A stretch of 61,918 nucleotides of DNA, the filler included, from Sphacelaria rigidula (Eukaryota), in NCBI GenBank assembly GCA_964200075.2. It is 4 parts of 4 records of this genome, joined end to end, with 100 filler letters (N's around TTAATTAATTAA, not from the genome) between each part and the next. Parts side by side here need not be neighbours in the genome. Positions count along the whole stretch, not along the records: positions 46,516 to 61,918 come from CAXNAA020001767.1; 3 more parts are not named here. The stretch is one strand, 5' to 3'. How positions within the stretch are numbered: the stretch's first letter is position 1; every line of letters starts with the position of its first letter. Below the pieces are notes generated by a model. It ran no database searches. It was not told the origin of the DNA and saw only the letters and a program-made list of their open reading frames with translations. The translations under genes were made by a program, and so were the position numbers. Positions 50,605 to 61,918 of the stretch are shown in pieces.

Positions 50605-50950
50605 TCAATACTCCTTGACACAGGCGATCGCCATACCTTCGATCGGCTGGGTGAAGTTTTCTCCGCATGCTAGCCTGTACAACAACACATGCCATGCCAA
50701 ATCCTTTTCATCAGTTGGTTGAAGGAATAGTTGAACGTTGGCTGCGACACTGACGCCGGCCGTACCGCACCCTCGATCGTTTGGTCGAAGGAATATCCGA
50801 ACATCAGACGCTGCAGCGACGCAGGCCATATCACACCCTCGATCGACTCACAGGCATATACAAATGCCAGCTGTTACAGCGACGCATATCATGTCCAACT
50901 CCCGACATGATGAAATTCTGTCCGAACGCCTGCTGCTGTATTAACACAGT
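50605..50950 (-). pseudogene. About five decayed, frameshifted FNIP repeats downstream of the stop codon
   Basis: Out-of-frame peptides SIEGVIWPASLQRLMFGYSFDQTIEG, PTFNYSFNQ and ACGENFTQPIEGM. Confidence 0.8.
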
Positions 50951-53521
50951 TTATACCACACTCTCAATCGACGTGTTGCGAAGTGAGGAATGTCCGAATG
51001 TTAACTCCTGCAGTGACGCAGGCCATGCCACACCGTTGATCGGCTGATTGAAGTGTATTCCGAACGTTAGCTCCTGCAGCGACGCGGGCCATGTCACGCC
51101 CTTGATCTGCTGGTTGAAGAACCTCCCGAACGTCAGCTGCCGCAGCGACGCAGGCCACGCCACACCCTCAATCGGCTGGTTGAATGATCTCGCGAACGTC
51201 AGCTGCCGCAGGGACGCAGGCCATGCCACGCCCTCGATCGGCTGGTTGAAATGTCTTTTGAATGTAAGGCGCTGCAGCGACGTGGGCCATGCCACACCCT
51301 CGATCGGCTGGTCGAAGAAGCGTCCAAACGCCAGCTGCTGCAGGGACGCCGGCCATGCCACACCCCCGATCGGCTGGTTGAAGGAATATCCGAAGGTCAG
51401 CTGCTGCAGTGACGCCGGCCATGCCACACCCTCGATCGGCTGGTTAAAGGAACGTCCGAACGTCAGATGTTGAAGCGACGCCGACCATACCACACCCTCG
51501 ATTGGTTGGTCGAAGAAATATCCTAACGTCAGCTGCGGTAGTGACGCCGGCCATGCCACACCCTCGATCGGTTGGTCGAAGGAATCTCCCAAAGTCAGCT
51601 GCTGTAGTGACGCCGGCCACGCCACACCCTCGATAGGCTGATCGAAGGTATCTCCGAACGTCAGCTCTTGCAGTGACGCCGGCCATGTCACACCCTCGAT
51701 CGGCTGGTTGAAGTAATCTCCGAACGTCAGCTCTTGCAGTGATGCCGGCCATGCTACACCCTCGATCGGCTGATTGAAGGAAAATCCGAACGTCAGCTCT
51801 TGCAGTGACGCAGGCCATGCCACACCCTCCACCGGCTTTTTAAAGGAAATTCCGAACGTAAGTCGCTGCAGTGACGCAGGCCATGCCACACCCTCCACCG
51901 GCTTGTTAAAGGTTTTCCCAAATGTCAGGCGATGCAGTGACGCAGGCCATGTCACACTCTCGACCGGCTGGTTGAAGGAATCTCCAAACTTCAGTTCCTG
52001 CAGTGATGACGGCCATATCATACCCTCGATCGGTTTGTCGAAGGAAATTCCGAATTTCATCCGTCGCACGAGTGCAGGCCATGCCGCGTCCTTGACCGGC
52101 TTGTTGAAATCTTCCCCCAATGTCAGGCGATGCAGTGATGCAGGCCATGCCACACCCTCGATCGGCTGGTTGAAGGAAGTTCCGAGCCCCAACTGTTGCA
52201 GAGACGCAGGCCAAACCACACCCTCGATCGGCTTGTTAAACGAATATCCGAGCCCCAACTGTTGCAAAGACGCAGGCCATGCCACACCCTCGATCGGCTG
52301 GTAGAATCTTGCAAATGTCAACTGTTGTAGAGACACAGGCCATGCCACACCCTCGATCGGCTGGTTGAAGGCATATCCGAACGTCACCTGTCGTAGAGAC
52401 GCAGGCCATGTCACACCCTCGATCGGTTGGTTAAATGTGTAGTCGAACGTAAGCTGCCACAGCGACGCAGGCCATGTCACACCCTCAATCGGCTGGTCAA
52501 AGCAATGTCCGAACCACAGCTGCTGCAGTGACTCAGGCCATGCCACACCTTCGATCGGCTGGTTAAAGTAATATCCGAACTCCAGCTGCTGCAGTAGCTC
52601 AGGCCATGTCACAACCTCGATCGGCTGGTTGAAGCTTTCAAATGTGAGGCGCTGCAGTGACGCGGGCCATGTCACACCCTCAATCGGCTGGTTGAAGTAT
52701 CCGAACGTCAGGCGCTGCAGTGACTCAGGCCATGCCACACCCTCGATCGGCTGGTTAAAGTACCCGAGTGTCAGGCGCTGCAGTGACGCAGGCCATGCCA
52801 CACCCTCGATCGGCTGGTTAAATGACCTCCCGAACGTCAGCTGCTGCAGCGACGTAGGCCATGCCACACCCTCGATCGGCTGGTTAAATGACCTCCCGAA
52901 CGTCAGCTGCTGCAGCGACGCAGGCCATGCCACACCCTCGATCGGCTGGTTGAATTCATTTCCGAATGTCAGCTGCTGCAGCGACGCAGGCCATACCACA
53001 CCCTCGATCGGCTGGTTGAAAGAATATCCAAACGCCAGCTGCTGCATCGACGCAGGCCATCCCACAAGATTGATCTGCTGATCGAAAGAATATCCAAACG
53101 TCAGCTCTTGCAGCGACACAGGCCAAACCACTTTCGAAATGGGTTTGTTGAAGCCCGCCGCCGCGTATTGGTTCGGAAACACAATCTCCCTGACGTGCGA
53201 GGGCCAGACAACAGAGTCTAGACTGCGATTGAACTTGCTGTCGAAGTGAATGCTTCGCACGTTGGCCAAAAGCTTGGTTGCGCACGACATTAACGCTGTG
53301 TCAGCAGCTGACATCCACCTAATGCCACGTGCTCGTAATATCGGCACTCGAGTTACTCCAGTGCAGCCGGTATTTCCAACTATCAGAGTCGGAGATTGCT
53401 CGGCGGTATCCGTATATAGCCTACGCGGTGTGTATGCATCACACTTCACACGCAGGGTGCATAGGCTGCGACAGGCGATGCAGATCTGTAGTGACGCCAG
53501 CTGTAACTGCTTCGTCGGCAA
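50951..53521 (-). CDS. FNIP-repeat (LRR-like) protein with about 34 tandem 22-aa repeats
   Basis: 856-codon uninterrupted ORF; consensus FNQPIEGVAWPASLQQLTFGxx (66 bp unit) after a ~95-aa non-repetitive N-terminal region. The true start is unresolved: the ORF-track start is TTG, the frame stays open to ~53630 with no upstream ATG, and there is a candidate acceptor tttttgtcccag just before 53589. Confidence 0.9.
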   Translation of the reverse strand: MPTKQLQLASLQICIACRSLCTLRVKCDAYTPRRLYTDTAEQSPTLIVGNTGCTGVTRVPILRARGIRWMSAADTALMSCATKLLANVRSIHFDSKFNRSLDSVVWPSHVREIVFPNQYAAAGFNKPISKVVWPVSLQELTFGYSFDQQINLVGWPASMQQLAFGYSFNQPIEGVVWPASLQQLTFGNEFNQPIEGVAWPASLQQLTFGRSFNQPIEGVAWPTSLQQLTFGRSFNQPIEGVAWPASLQRLTLGYFNQPIEGVAWPESLQRLTFGYFNQPIEGVTWPASLQRLTFESFNQPIEVVTWPELLQQLEFGYYFNQPIEGVAWPESLQQLWFGHCFDQPIEGVTWPASLWQLTFDYTFNQPIEGVTWPASLRQVTFGYAFNQPIEGVAWPVSLQQLTFARFYQPIEGVAWPASLQQLGLGYSFNKPIEGVVWPASLQQLGLGTSFNQPIEGVAWPASLHRLTLGEDFNKPVKDAAWPALVRRMKFGISFDKPIEGMIWPSSLQELKFGDSFNQPVESVTWPASLHRLTFGKTFNKPVEGVAWPASLQRLTFGISFKKPVEGVAWPASLQELTFGFSFNQPIEGVAWPASLQELTFGDYFNQPIEGVTWPASLQELTFGDTFDQPIEGVAWPASLQQLTLGDSFDQPIEGVAWPASLPQLTLGYFFDQPIEGVVWSASLQHLTFGRSFNQPIEGVAWPASLQQLTFGYSFNQPIGGVAWPASLQQLAFGRFFDQPIEGVAWPTSLQRLTFKRHFNQPIEGVAWPASLRQLTFARSFNQPIEGVAWPASLRQLTFGRFFNQQIKGVTWPASLQELTFGIHFNQPINGVAWPASLQELTFGHSSLRNTSIESVV

Positions 53522-56500
53522 ATACGGCTCACCCGCGGGATAAATCTGGTTGAGGACAGTGATGAAAGCCTCCAGACAAAAGTAGCTCCCTGGGACAAAA
53601 ACATTTAACGAGCATTTTGTTCGTTTAGCTCATGGAGATCATCACAAAGCGGACACATGAAGCGCGAGGTGATGACGCAATCCTAGACCATTGCATATTC
53701 TGCACACACGTCGAAGTAATGGGGCTACATGATGTGTAACCGGACATCACGGACATTTCTAATCCCGTTTCTGCCGCCACGTGTCTGGCGGGTGGACAAT
53801 AAGTCCACTTACAGTCGCGTTGTTTTCCACTTGCCGACGGCGACACGCGATATTCGTATCACTTCAACTCACTGCAGGTCTGTTCTTAGGCAGTAAGGTT
53901 GACTCGAAGACGGCAACCGGGAGCCGGGTTGCGAATATGTCCGGTGGCAAGACAGCATCATACTTGCCGGCGCTGATTCTGCTCCATTAACACTGGAAAG
54001 GAGTAGGGTAAGGCTAAGCACTCGGTGGATGTCGCCTGAGTATCAGCTGCGTCCGAGGCAGGCTTCGTGCTTTTCTCCCTCGCGTTTTTTTGGCGTCTAC
54101 TGTTTTTACAAAACTCCACTAATTAGAGCTCGGAAATGGTTTGTTTAACCCCATTAATCAGAGTTTTCAGTTCGTGGTGATGCGTGGCTGCGGCCTTTGA
54201 AACACGTGCACTTGGCTACTTTTACACGCGCGTTGCTCTGCCAGTCGACAACGAATCACAATATTAGTCAGACTATTTTGCACGAAATCCTTCGTGCTCA
54301 GCAATGTTACAACCCGTCAAGCTGTAGGTCTTGTACAACAGCTCCACCCGCATGCGAAGTGTTCCTGATTACATGCACATATTCCACTGCTAGTTGAGCC
54401 CCTTTTCACCTGCTGCCGTGTTCACGCCGGCCTCCGCGACGCTACCCCGTGCAGCCTTGGAACCGTCGGCTGCTGAAATTGTGCCGCGAGTACGCACCAT
54501 CATTCCGTAACTCCTTCTTGTAGGTCACAGAGTGTCGGGAGCACGTGGAAACCTTCTCGGGATGTTTTTCACTCGTGCACACCTGAAACCGGAGAAATGA
54601 AGAACGACATCGCGCGGGTGACTCTTGAGTTAATGCATATTCTGTAACAAACTAGAGCGCTCGAGTGCGCATCATACTGTTCGCTCGTTGTCAACAACTC
54701 AAAGCAAACTCACATGACCATGCTTCCACTAGGCTGGAATCATAGCGGTAGAAAAGCTCGCGTCTCAGCAATCGTACGGGATTATACTTGAAAAGACATG
54801 AAAATATAATGTGCACCAGCGGGGTAAGTGAACCACTAAATGCCTCGTTCGTTGAGTCTGTCTACTCCATGTGGGTGACCGCTGACAACATATCAAAAGC
54901 TGCACCCAACAAAACACCTCATCGGTGGCAATCTGACCCTGTCTCCAGTCGCCCCTCGATGTACGTCTTGTTATTCTCATGTTCTGTCCGTGGGCCGACA
55001 TACCCCAACAATTAACAAGTATGACACGGAGGTATTTCATAGCTCTTGATCATCAGAGAACAAGGGGCACCCATCCCATGGACACATGAAGTTCGTAATC
55101 TACACAATGGAACGGTTAAGTTGAGTAGAACCCATGATAGCGTCGCGAAAACTGGTGTCATTGGAGCTCATATGGACAACAATCCCTTGCCCACAACATG
55201 AGGGACGTTGATGTATATATTTACTGTTTCTGGTATGAGATAATTTGCCTGTTGAATTCTGCGTTGGGCTTGGTACCGAATCTGAGTTTTTCACGTAGAG
55301 AAGCACCCAGTCGAGTGACCGATACCCCTCACTCCCATGTGCACAAAGGGGTGTCATCATGTTTGTATTATTTCTTCACCTGGCATTCTTCTTTTCACGT
55401 ATCAGAGGCTCACGCGTAGTACAAAAACCGTTTGGGTTTTGAGATACGGTTATGCTGCGAAAAAAACGCGACTTGCGGCTTTCCTACATTGTGCAGCGTA
55501 TCACATTTTCATATTCTGTGCACCTAACGGGATGATGCTGTATACACGCCGTAGTGACGAATCAGTGCCTCTTTGGGGTTAGCCCTTCACCAGCGGTTCA
55601 GGGTGCTCATAAAAAATCACGAGACCATCGGGGCGCGGTAGAAAAGGCGATGGCCGCTCCGCGTGTCTCATATAGCACCACGAATGAAAGGCCCCTACAA
55701 CATCCCCAAGGCTCACCCTTGCTCAGCTGCCAATGCCTGGCCTCGTTTAACTGCAACCACACCACTTGCTATGGGAACGAAACAGTCGCAAAAGTATTTA
55801 GCTCAGAGAATAACCTTAAAAAGTGGAGTGTGCACGTTATGGCTCTAGCTGACAGCTTCTGATTGGGCGGTTGAGTTGTGTATGCACCTCAAACAAGAGC
55901 ACGGCAGGGCAAAAAATGCGTGCCGGTAATGGGAACTCCATTGCTTCCAAGATTCACGCCTGTTGTAGTAGCCACGAACAGTTGTTCAAGACCGCCATCT
56001 CAGCTACACATCTAGTGGCTCACAGCAGCGGACGAGGTTGTGTTCATTCAGGGCGAAACGGATGGCGTGAAAAAAGTGGTGCTTGTTAAGTACGCGGAAA
56101 AAATGAACGCACAACGGTGTGGATCCCACGTTGTGCCTTCGAGGCTAAACGACACGCACAGAGCTACAGCCTACACGCACCCAGGGAAGGCTTGCCTCCG
56201 CTGGAGTGCATCCACTACTTCCAGAGCTGCGGTAGTCCGCGTCGGCACCAACATTACTACAAATGGAGCAGCTGTCTTCCCGCTGCAGAGACCGACTGTA
56301 GGGTTCCAAAAGTACTGTCAGGACTCCACCACTTGTTGCGGCATCTCTGCATTCGATATCATGCCGCGCACAAAACACTGCCTGGTGGATGGACTCTCAT
56401 AGCTCCTTTGACAGCCTCAAACGGGTGTCGTTGCGAAAATCCCTGCTGTAGCAATGGACAACATACTATGCGGCTCTGATTGTTTTGTGATAATTGATGT

Positions 56501-57322
56501 ATGTTGTGCGCTCCCAATTCATGTCGATGAATACACGAGTTTGGCCTATGATTCCACTGCGGCTCAACCAGATGATGGGGGGGGCACGCGTTCGTTCAAC
56601 GTTCAACTAAGAAAGTGACAGCACCTTTCGACGCGTTGGGCCCTATCGATGCCCAGAATTAAAAGGCGGGATATTCGCATAGAGAACAAGGATGGAACGG
56701 CGTGACGTACAAAAAAACAAATCTGAATGACAGTCAACAACAAATCATTCCCTGTGACTTTATTGTTTCCTCAAGAATAAGTGCAAGTATGGAACGCCAA
56801 GAGCTACGATGAGCGGCGGGCACCGCCGCGGCAAACCTTGGACTGATGTCTGTTCCACGGGCCATTACAACAAAACAAACAACTGATGAGTGTACCAAAG
56901 CATTCCGTGCTGGTAGCACCCTGGTGTTGCTGTATAAGATACACGGAGGAAACGCCTTCTTTGAAACCGCAAATTCAGAACTCCACTGCTAGTAATGACA
57001 AGCAGTAGTGTGCTGTGATGGCGCTTGTTGCGGGCTGTGCTCGCAATGTACCGTGTGGGAAGGCAGGGTGCACATCATGAGGGCAATATTGTACCGTGTC
57101 TCAGGTTCATTCCATACATTTCAGCACAGATGCTCAACAGGTGGAGCACATTTCCTCACTTGCCCGCACCTCGCTTGCTGGATTGCGGAAAGACAGATTT
57201 AGCATCAGACCTCGGTCATCGTTGAGGTCGGGAATTCGGAAAATACTGTATCAAGAAGTGAGTTCGGTGGTTACACGTTGTCAGTCATTTCCTCGTCGCT
57301 TTACTAAATATTTCGAACTTTC

Positions 57323-58722
57323 CAAGGGTAGGTCGAGTAGAGTATGTACATTTGAGTACTCGAGTAAAATACTCGAGTATTTACTGTACTCGACGTTTGA
57401 GTTGGTTGGGTACGGCCTGGTATTCTCTTCTCAAATCTTGAGTACGTTGAGTACGGCCTCAAATACTCTACTCAAACTTTGAGTAGGTCGAGTACGGCCT
57501 CAAATACTCTACTCAGATTTTGAGTAGGTTGAGTACGGCCTCAAATACTCTCCTCAAATTTAGAGTAGTGGAGTATGGTCTCAAACACTCTACTCAAATA
57601 TTGAGTAAGCACTCTCAGTAATACTCGAGTACAGAGTATCACTTGAGTATGACCTCGATACTCTACTCAAAATTTGCATACGTCAAGTACGGCCTCAAAT
57701 ACTCTACTCAAACTTCGAGTAGATCGAGAAGATCCCAAATACTCTACACAAAAATTGCGTAAGCACTCTCAGTAATACTCGAGTGTAGAGTCCCCCCCTT
57801 GGGTATGGTGAGTACCCCTGACAGTCGGCGACTTCGTGACGTCACTTCACAGACCATCTTGAATGCATGGGCGAACGATGGCCATCAATTAGATGGGCGG
57901 CGTCACATCACAGCCAACATGGAGTATGAGCGAATGATGGCCATGAAAAAATATAAAAGCGTGCAGGTGAACGATCCTACCTGCCCCAGCGCCCCATCTC
58001 TCATCAGCCCCCCACCCACGGCAATTTATACTCGATACCTCACAACGCCTACTCATCATCATCGAGTAGACAAGTAGTCGAGTAGGTATCATCAAAATGA
58101 GCGACTCTTTTGGCCATATAAAGTTGATATGGATGTGCAACTCTAGGCATACCTCGGTATTTCCTCTACCCGAGTTTGAGTATCTTGCGTACGAACTTGA
58201 ATATTGAAGTTGAAGTTACAGGTTTTCGGTACATCGGATCCGGCCTCAGATACCCTGCTCAAACTTTGAGAAGGTCGAGTACGGCCTCCACTACTCTACT
58301 CAAATTTTGAGTGAGCACTCTCAGTAATACTCGAGTATAGAGTATCACTTGAGTATGACCTCAATGCTTGACTCAAATATTTGAGTACGTCGAGTACGGC
58401 CTCAAATACTCTACTCAGATTTTGCGTTGGTTGAGTACGGCCTCAAATACTCCCCTCAAATTTGGAGTAGTTGAGTATGGTCTCAAATACTCTACTCAAA
58501 TATTGAGTAAGCACTCTCAGTAATACTGAGTATAGAGTATCACTTGAGCATGACCTCAATACTCTACTCAAAAATTGCGTACGTCGAGTACGGCCTCAAA
58601 TACTCTACTCGAAGAATTGAGTGGGTTGATATGGTCTAAAATACTCTACTCAAACTCCGAGTACTAAAAGTGTGATTTCGAAAATACTGAGTATTGAATA
58701 TACTCTACTCGACCTACCCTTG
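57323..58722. mobile_element. Non-autonomous hAT-like element, 1400 bp, with internal ~37 bp tandem arrays
   Basis: Perfect TIR caagggtaggtcgagtagagtat / atactctactcgacctacccttg. 8-bp TSD gaactttc / gaattttc. Arrays of gagtacggcctcaaatactctactcaaa on both sides of a unique core (~57790-58230). Same TIR family as 28204-28408. Confidence 0.92.
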
Positions 58723-58897
58723 GAATTTTCACATGGAATCGCGAAGTGGACACTCCACATTTCAGAGCGACGTTGCCAAATGCGTAGCGACTTGACTGTC
58801 ATACCAGTAGGTTGCTGGGGTACTTCGATTTTGCAATAGCTGCTGATGGCGAGCGAGAAGGCGAGTTTGACGTGGCGGTGCTTATACAGTACAGTAG

Positions 58898-58925
58898 GGT
58901 ACGGTACGGTACGGTACGGTACGGT
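58898..58925. repeat. (GGTAC)n microsatellite
   Basis: Direct reading of the sequence. Confidence 0.9.
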
Positions 58926-61918
58926 TTGATATACGCATGCCCACACCAAAATACACCCACGTACCAATGCCTGCGTCTCGCATGAGAGTGGTTAGGGAGT
59001 TCGATACTGGTGCGACAACACGGTTGCAAATCTTGCGGACACCGATGTATATTCAACGTAGTGTATAAGTGAAGGCTGTGCTGCTCCCCGTAATGTCCGC
59101 AACTATAATTAGCTCTGTTACACTGTTCGTGCTAGAGGGAGCATCACTATGACCCAGGGCAACCGATCCTCGGGTCTACCGCCGGGAGACATAACTCACA
59201 CCACGCAATAGATCAAAGGGAGCAGTACGTTGACAACCGCATGATGGTTACGCTAGTTACAACTATGAAAGCAGGGTGCTCGTGTCGTTCTCTGCCTTGC
59301 GTGTGTCCACCCGTGAAAGATCATATTTCACCTGTTTCTCCAGTATTTTCAGTCGCATACTGGTCCAGAGGAGGGGGGGTTGGGGGATGAACCTCCCCGA
59401 TGAGGGGTGTCGTTATGTCATGCAGTGCATGTCTTGATACATCTGGTATGCTCGTACGTATGGCTGTCCCTCGAGAGGCCGAAAGATAGAACGTTGCAAT
59501 TCTTAGTTCTTTGGTTGGCGGTATTTGGGGCCTTGAATCTCGCCCGTAGTCGGACCCTGTGTTCATTTCTACTTGGCGTCGCGCGTCGAGTTGGAAAGCC
59601 GGGTGCCACCCCCTGAAGTTCGAATGACCACCTGCGGTCCGGATTTTCTGAGGTTAGCCATATGTATTCTCTTCTTTATTACTTATCCCTATTTTTGCTT
59701 GTGTCGCGTTTCGTTAGTTGTAATCTGTTTGTTTTTTTCTTTGCTAGTCTGTGATTACGGAAGGCGTCCGCATCAGATGCCGAGTACGAACGTACCGAGC
59801 AGATATCGAAACGGTTTTTAATGTGAAGACAACAATAACAATACTTTTCGACGAGCAACTTCCTCCTACCCTGCACACCCCACGGTAGAAATCAATCACC
59901 TCGACAATCATCCAGCAGGTTACTCTCTTGCTTGGTTTGCTGTGCTGGACAAGGGCAGAGCTGCAAGGGCTGCTGTCCAACTTGTGGAGCCCGACGGAAA
60001 AATGAAAAATAGAGGCTGCCGTGTTGAATAGGGTAACTGCAACGGCGTGTCTTGTCAAAATACTACTTCGAACCTTTACCTCGGGCATGGTGTGGTCGTT
60101 GTACCTGCGGAGGTGATGGCCTGGGCTTGAGCGTCCTCACTTCGCCTGTGGCTGCAAATGCTTTTCTGAGTGCATGAATACGGCCATTTGGCGCGTCGGA
60201 AGCGTCCGCTGGTTAGAATTTTTTAAAACATCTGTCGCAGGGTTTCTGAGTAGATTCGCCGAACACATTATCCGACTGTGAGTACTTCGAGTTCCACCCT
60301 ATACAACAACGGGCACCAATTTTTGCTCGCCCCGCCCCCGCCCAAGTCACCACGGCCCGGGTGGTCGTGTGGACGGTCGGGTGGTCATACCGCACTGACC
60401 AGCCGCAAGTGTTCTTATCATCCTGGGGTGCGCATGAATTTCGATGGTGCAACTGACTGCACATAACCCCCCCCCCCCCCCCCCCCCACCCTACCCCCCC
60501 CCCCCCACCCACCCCCCCCCCCCGCACCCACACCCCCACCCCAGCGCCCACNNNNNNNNNNCCGAAATCTTTTTTTCTCCCTGGGGGCCGCGCGATCCTC
60601 CGTAGTGACCACCTCGACCCACATTCCCCCCCCCCCCCCCCCCCGCCCACACACGCAAGAGGATCTGGATTTCTTCAGAGTTGGAGAATCAAACGTTGGG
60701 TGGAGGTCGTAATCATGAAAGGTCTCCGGAGATAATATGTACCGCGATCACCTGCTCTGGACCTCAGTGAATTTCAATATCGCGAGGGCTAGATTTCTCA
60801 CCGAGTTTGAGCTATGACCCTTCGGGCACCCACTGGCCACTGATCTGCGTCCCTTTTCTTATCTGGGGGGTTTCGGGACGCTTGTCCTTGATCGAGACAC
60901 CAACACCGATCAGTGGATGGAGCTTCCATCGCCAGTTCTTGATTGGGCGAAACTAGATTCCATGGATAGGGGTCACAGTTCCTACTGTACCGAGGGGATC
61001 TCAGAAAAAAGTGGTGGGTCGCCATCCCGCCACAACCGCGCTATGCCGAGGCCTTGCACATAACCGCACTATGTAGAGCAATGGCTTGCTATTAGTACAG
61101 TATAGCAGACTTGGACGAATGATTGTGACACTCCAACTCTGACTCTCAGCTTCCAAACCAAGTGTGGATATCCAACAGCCCAGACTACAGCCAGGCACCG
61201 TTTTTCTGTTCACACAATTTTCCGAATAGTGGGGAAACTGAGATCTTAGCCCGGCCATAATCGAAGCCACGCCTCCCCCTCGTCTTCCAACATTTGTTTT
61301 TTCGGTGTGGTGGTGTCGAGCGCCTTGTGGTTTTCGCCCCACTTTTCGGACCGGAACAGCTTGCTGTTGGCTAAATTGAAGGAAACCTTCAACCAGTGAC
61401 TTCGAAAGTTATCATGCCGCAGAGGTTCGATGTGAGGCTGGACATGAGGAAGTGCAACGAGCCCTGATGTCAGACAAACGGATAGTGTGTACTGTGTCTG
61501 CTACTACCTCCAGGATTGTTCATGGTCGCAAGGTAGGGATCACTTTCGATCGAGCGTTTTCGGCTCTGACCTATGCGGGCGCAGCCCGACTTCGAGCGTA
61601 AATATTAGTGCTTCACCCCGATCGCAGCGTTCTCTCTTCTCGGGTACCCGTTCTCACCACACAGACCCCGTAGCATGGCGAAGATAACTTCCTTGTGCTC
61701 ATAATCTCTGAACCTACTGCCCATAGCAAACCAGTTCTCTTGGGGTGATAGCGTCAAACCCAAACAATAACCGGACAGTAAGATATCACCAAACCTCATG
61801 TGTTTGCGAGAAACGGCCGTATTGTGGACGGACCCCCTTCACTCGCGGATGAAATTGTGCACGGTTAGGACAAATCATCACGACTCGAAATCACCAAATT
61901 CAGGATTTCTTCGGCCTG

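Noticed and set aside
50951-53235. Diversity-generating retroelement behind the FNIP variation
   Set aside because: No reverse transcriptase or template/variable repeat pair on this scaffold, and the differences between units are not confined to adenines.
50605-53285. Overlapping ORFs such as MACVAAAADVR... and ...CSDAGHATPSIGW...
   Set aside because: Alternative-frame and antisense shadows of the 66 bp FNIP repeat.
37859-53521. Functional cluster linking the membrane-protein genes and the FNIP gene
   Set aside because: They are on different scaffolds separated by an artificial linker.
54000-57300. Possible decayed gene upstream of the FNIP ORF
   Set aside because: Only short stop-riddled frames, with no recognisable motif or consistent exon chain.
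57410-58650. ~37 bp repeats as a CRISPR array
   Set aside because: Units are contiguous and degenerate with no unique spacers, there are no cas genes, and they lie inside a TIR/TSD-bounded eukaryotic element.
59000-61918. Possible coding or retroelement remnant at the window end
   Set aside because: No recognisable domain in the frames I read; the region includes low-quality C-runs and a small gap.

Overview
This is eukaryotic, repeat-rich DNA, most likely from a brown alga (Phaeophyceae). That is an inference from the long spliceosomal introns, the FNQPIEGVAWPASL-type FNIP repeats and the retroposon tails. The window is not one locus. It is four scaffolds (15406, 15406, 15403 and 15403 bp) joined by artificial N44-TTAATTAATTAA-N44 linkers. 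Scaffold 1 holds decayed coding fragments between two inverted ~700 bp repeats, plus MITEs. Scaffold 2 is an old multi-kb tandem array peppered with hAT-type elements (8-bp TSDs), nested tRNA-derived SINEs and MITEs, with filled and empty insertion sites side by side. Scaffold 3 carries two divergently transcribed multi-exon membrane-protein genes that I spliced by hand: an 8-exon GPR180/TMEM145-family gene (428 aa) and a 9-exon tetraspanin-like 4-TM gene (380 aa, one GC-AG intron). Scaffold 4 carries a long uninterrupted ORF with about 34 FNIP repeats and a decaying 3' tail, a fold-back element and a 1.4 kb non-autonomous hAT element. The FNIP repeats show a hypervariable, occasionally shortened di-residue, which is the best candidate here for a diversifying recognition system. 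All calls were made by eye; no searches were run.
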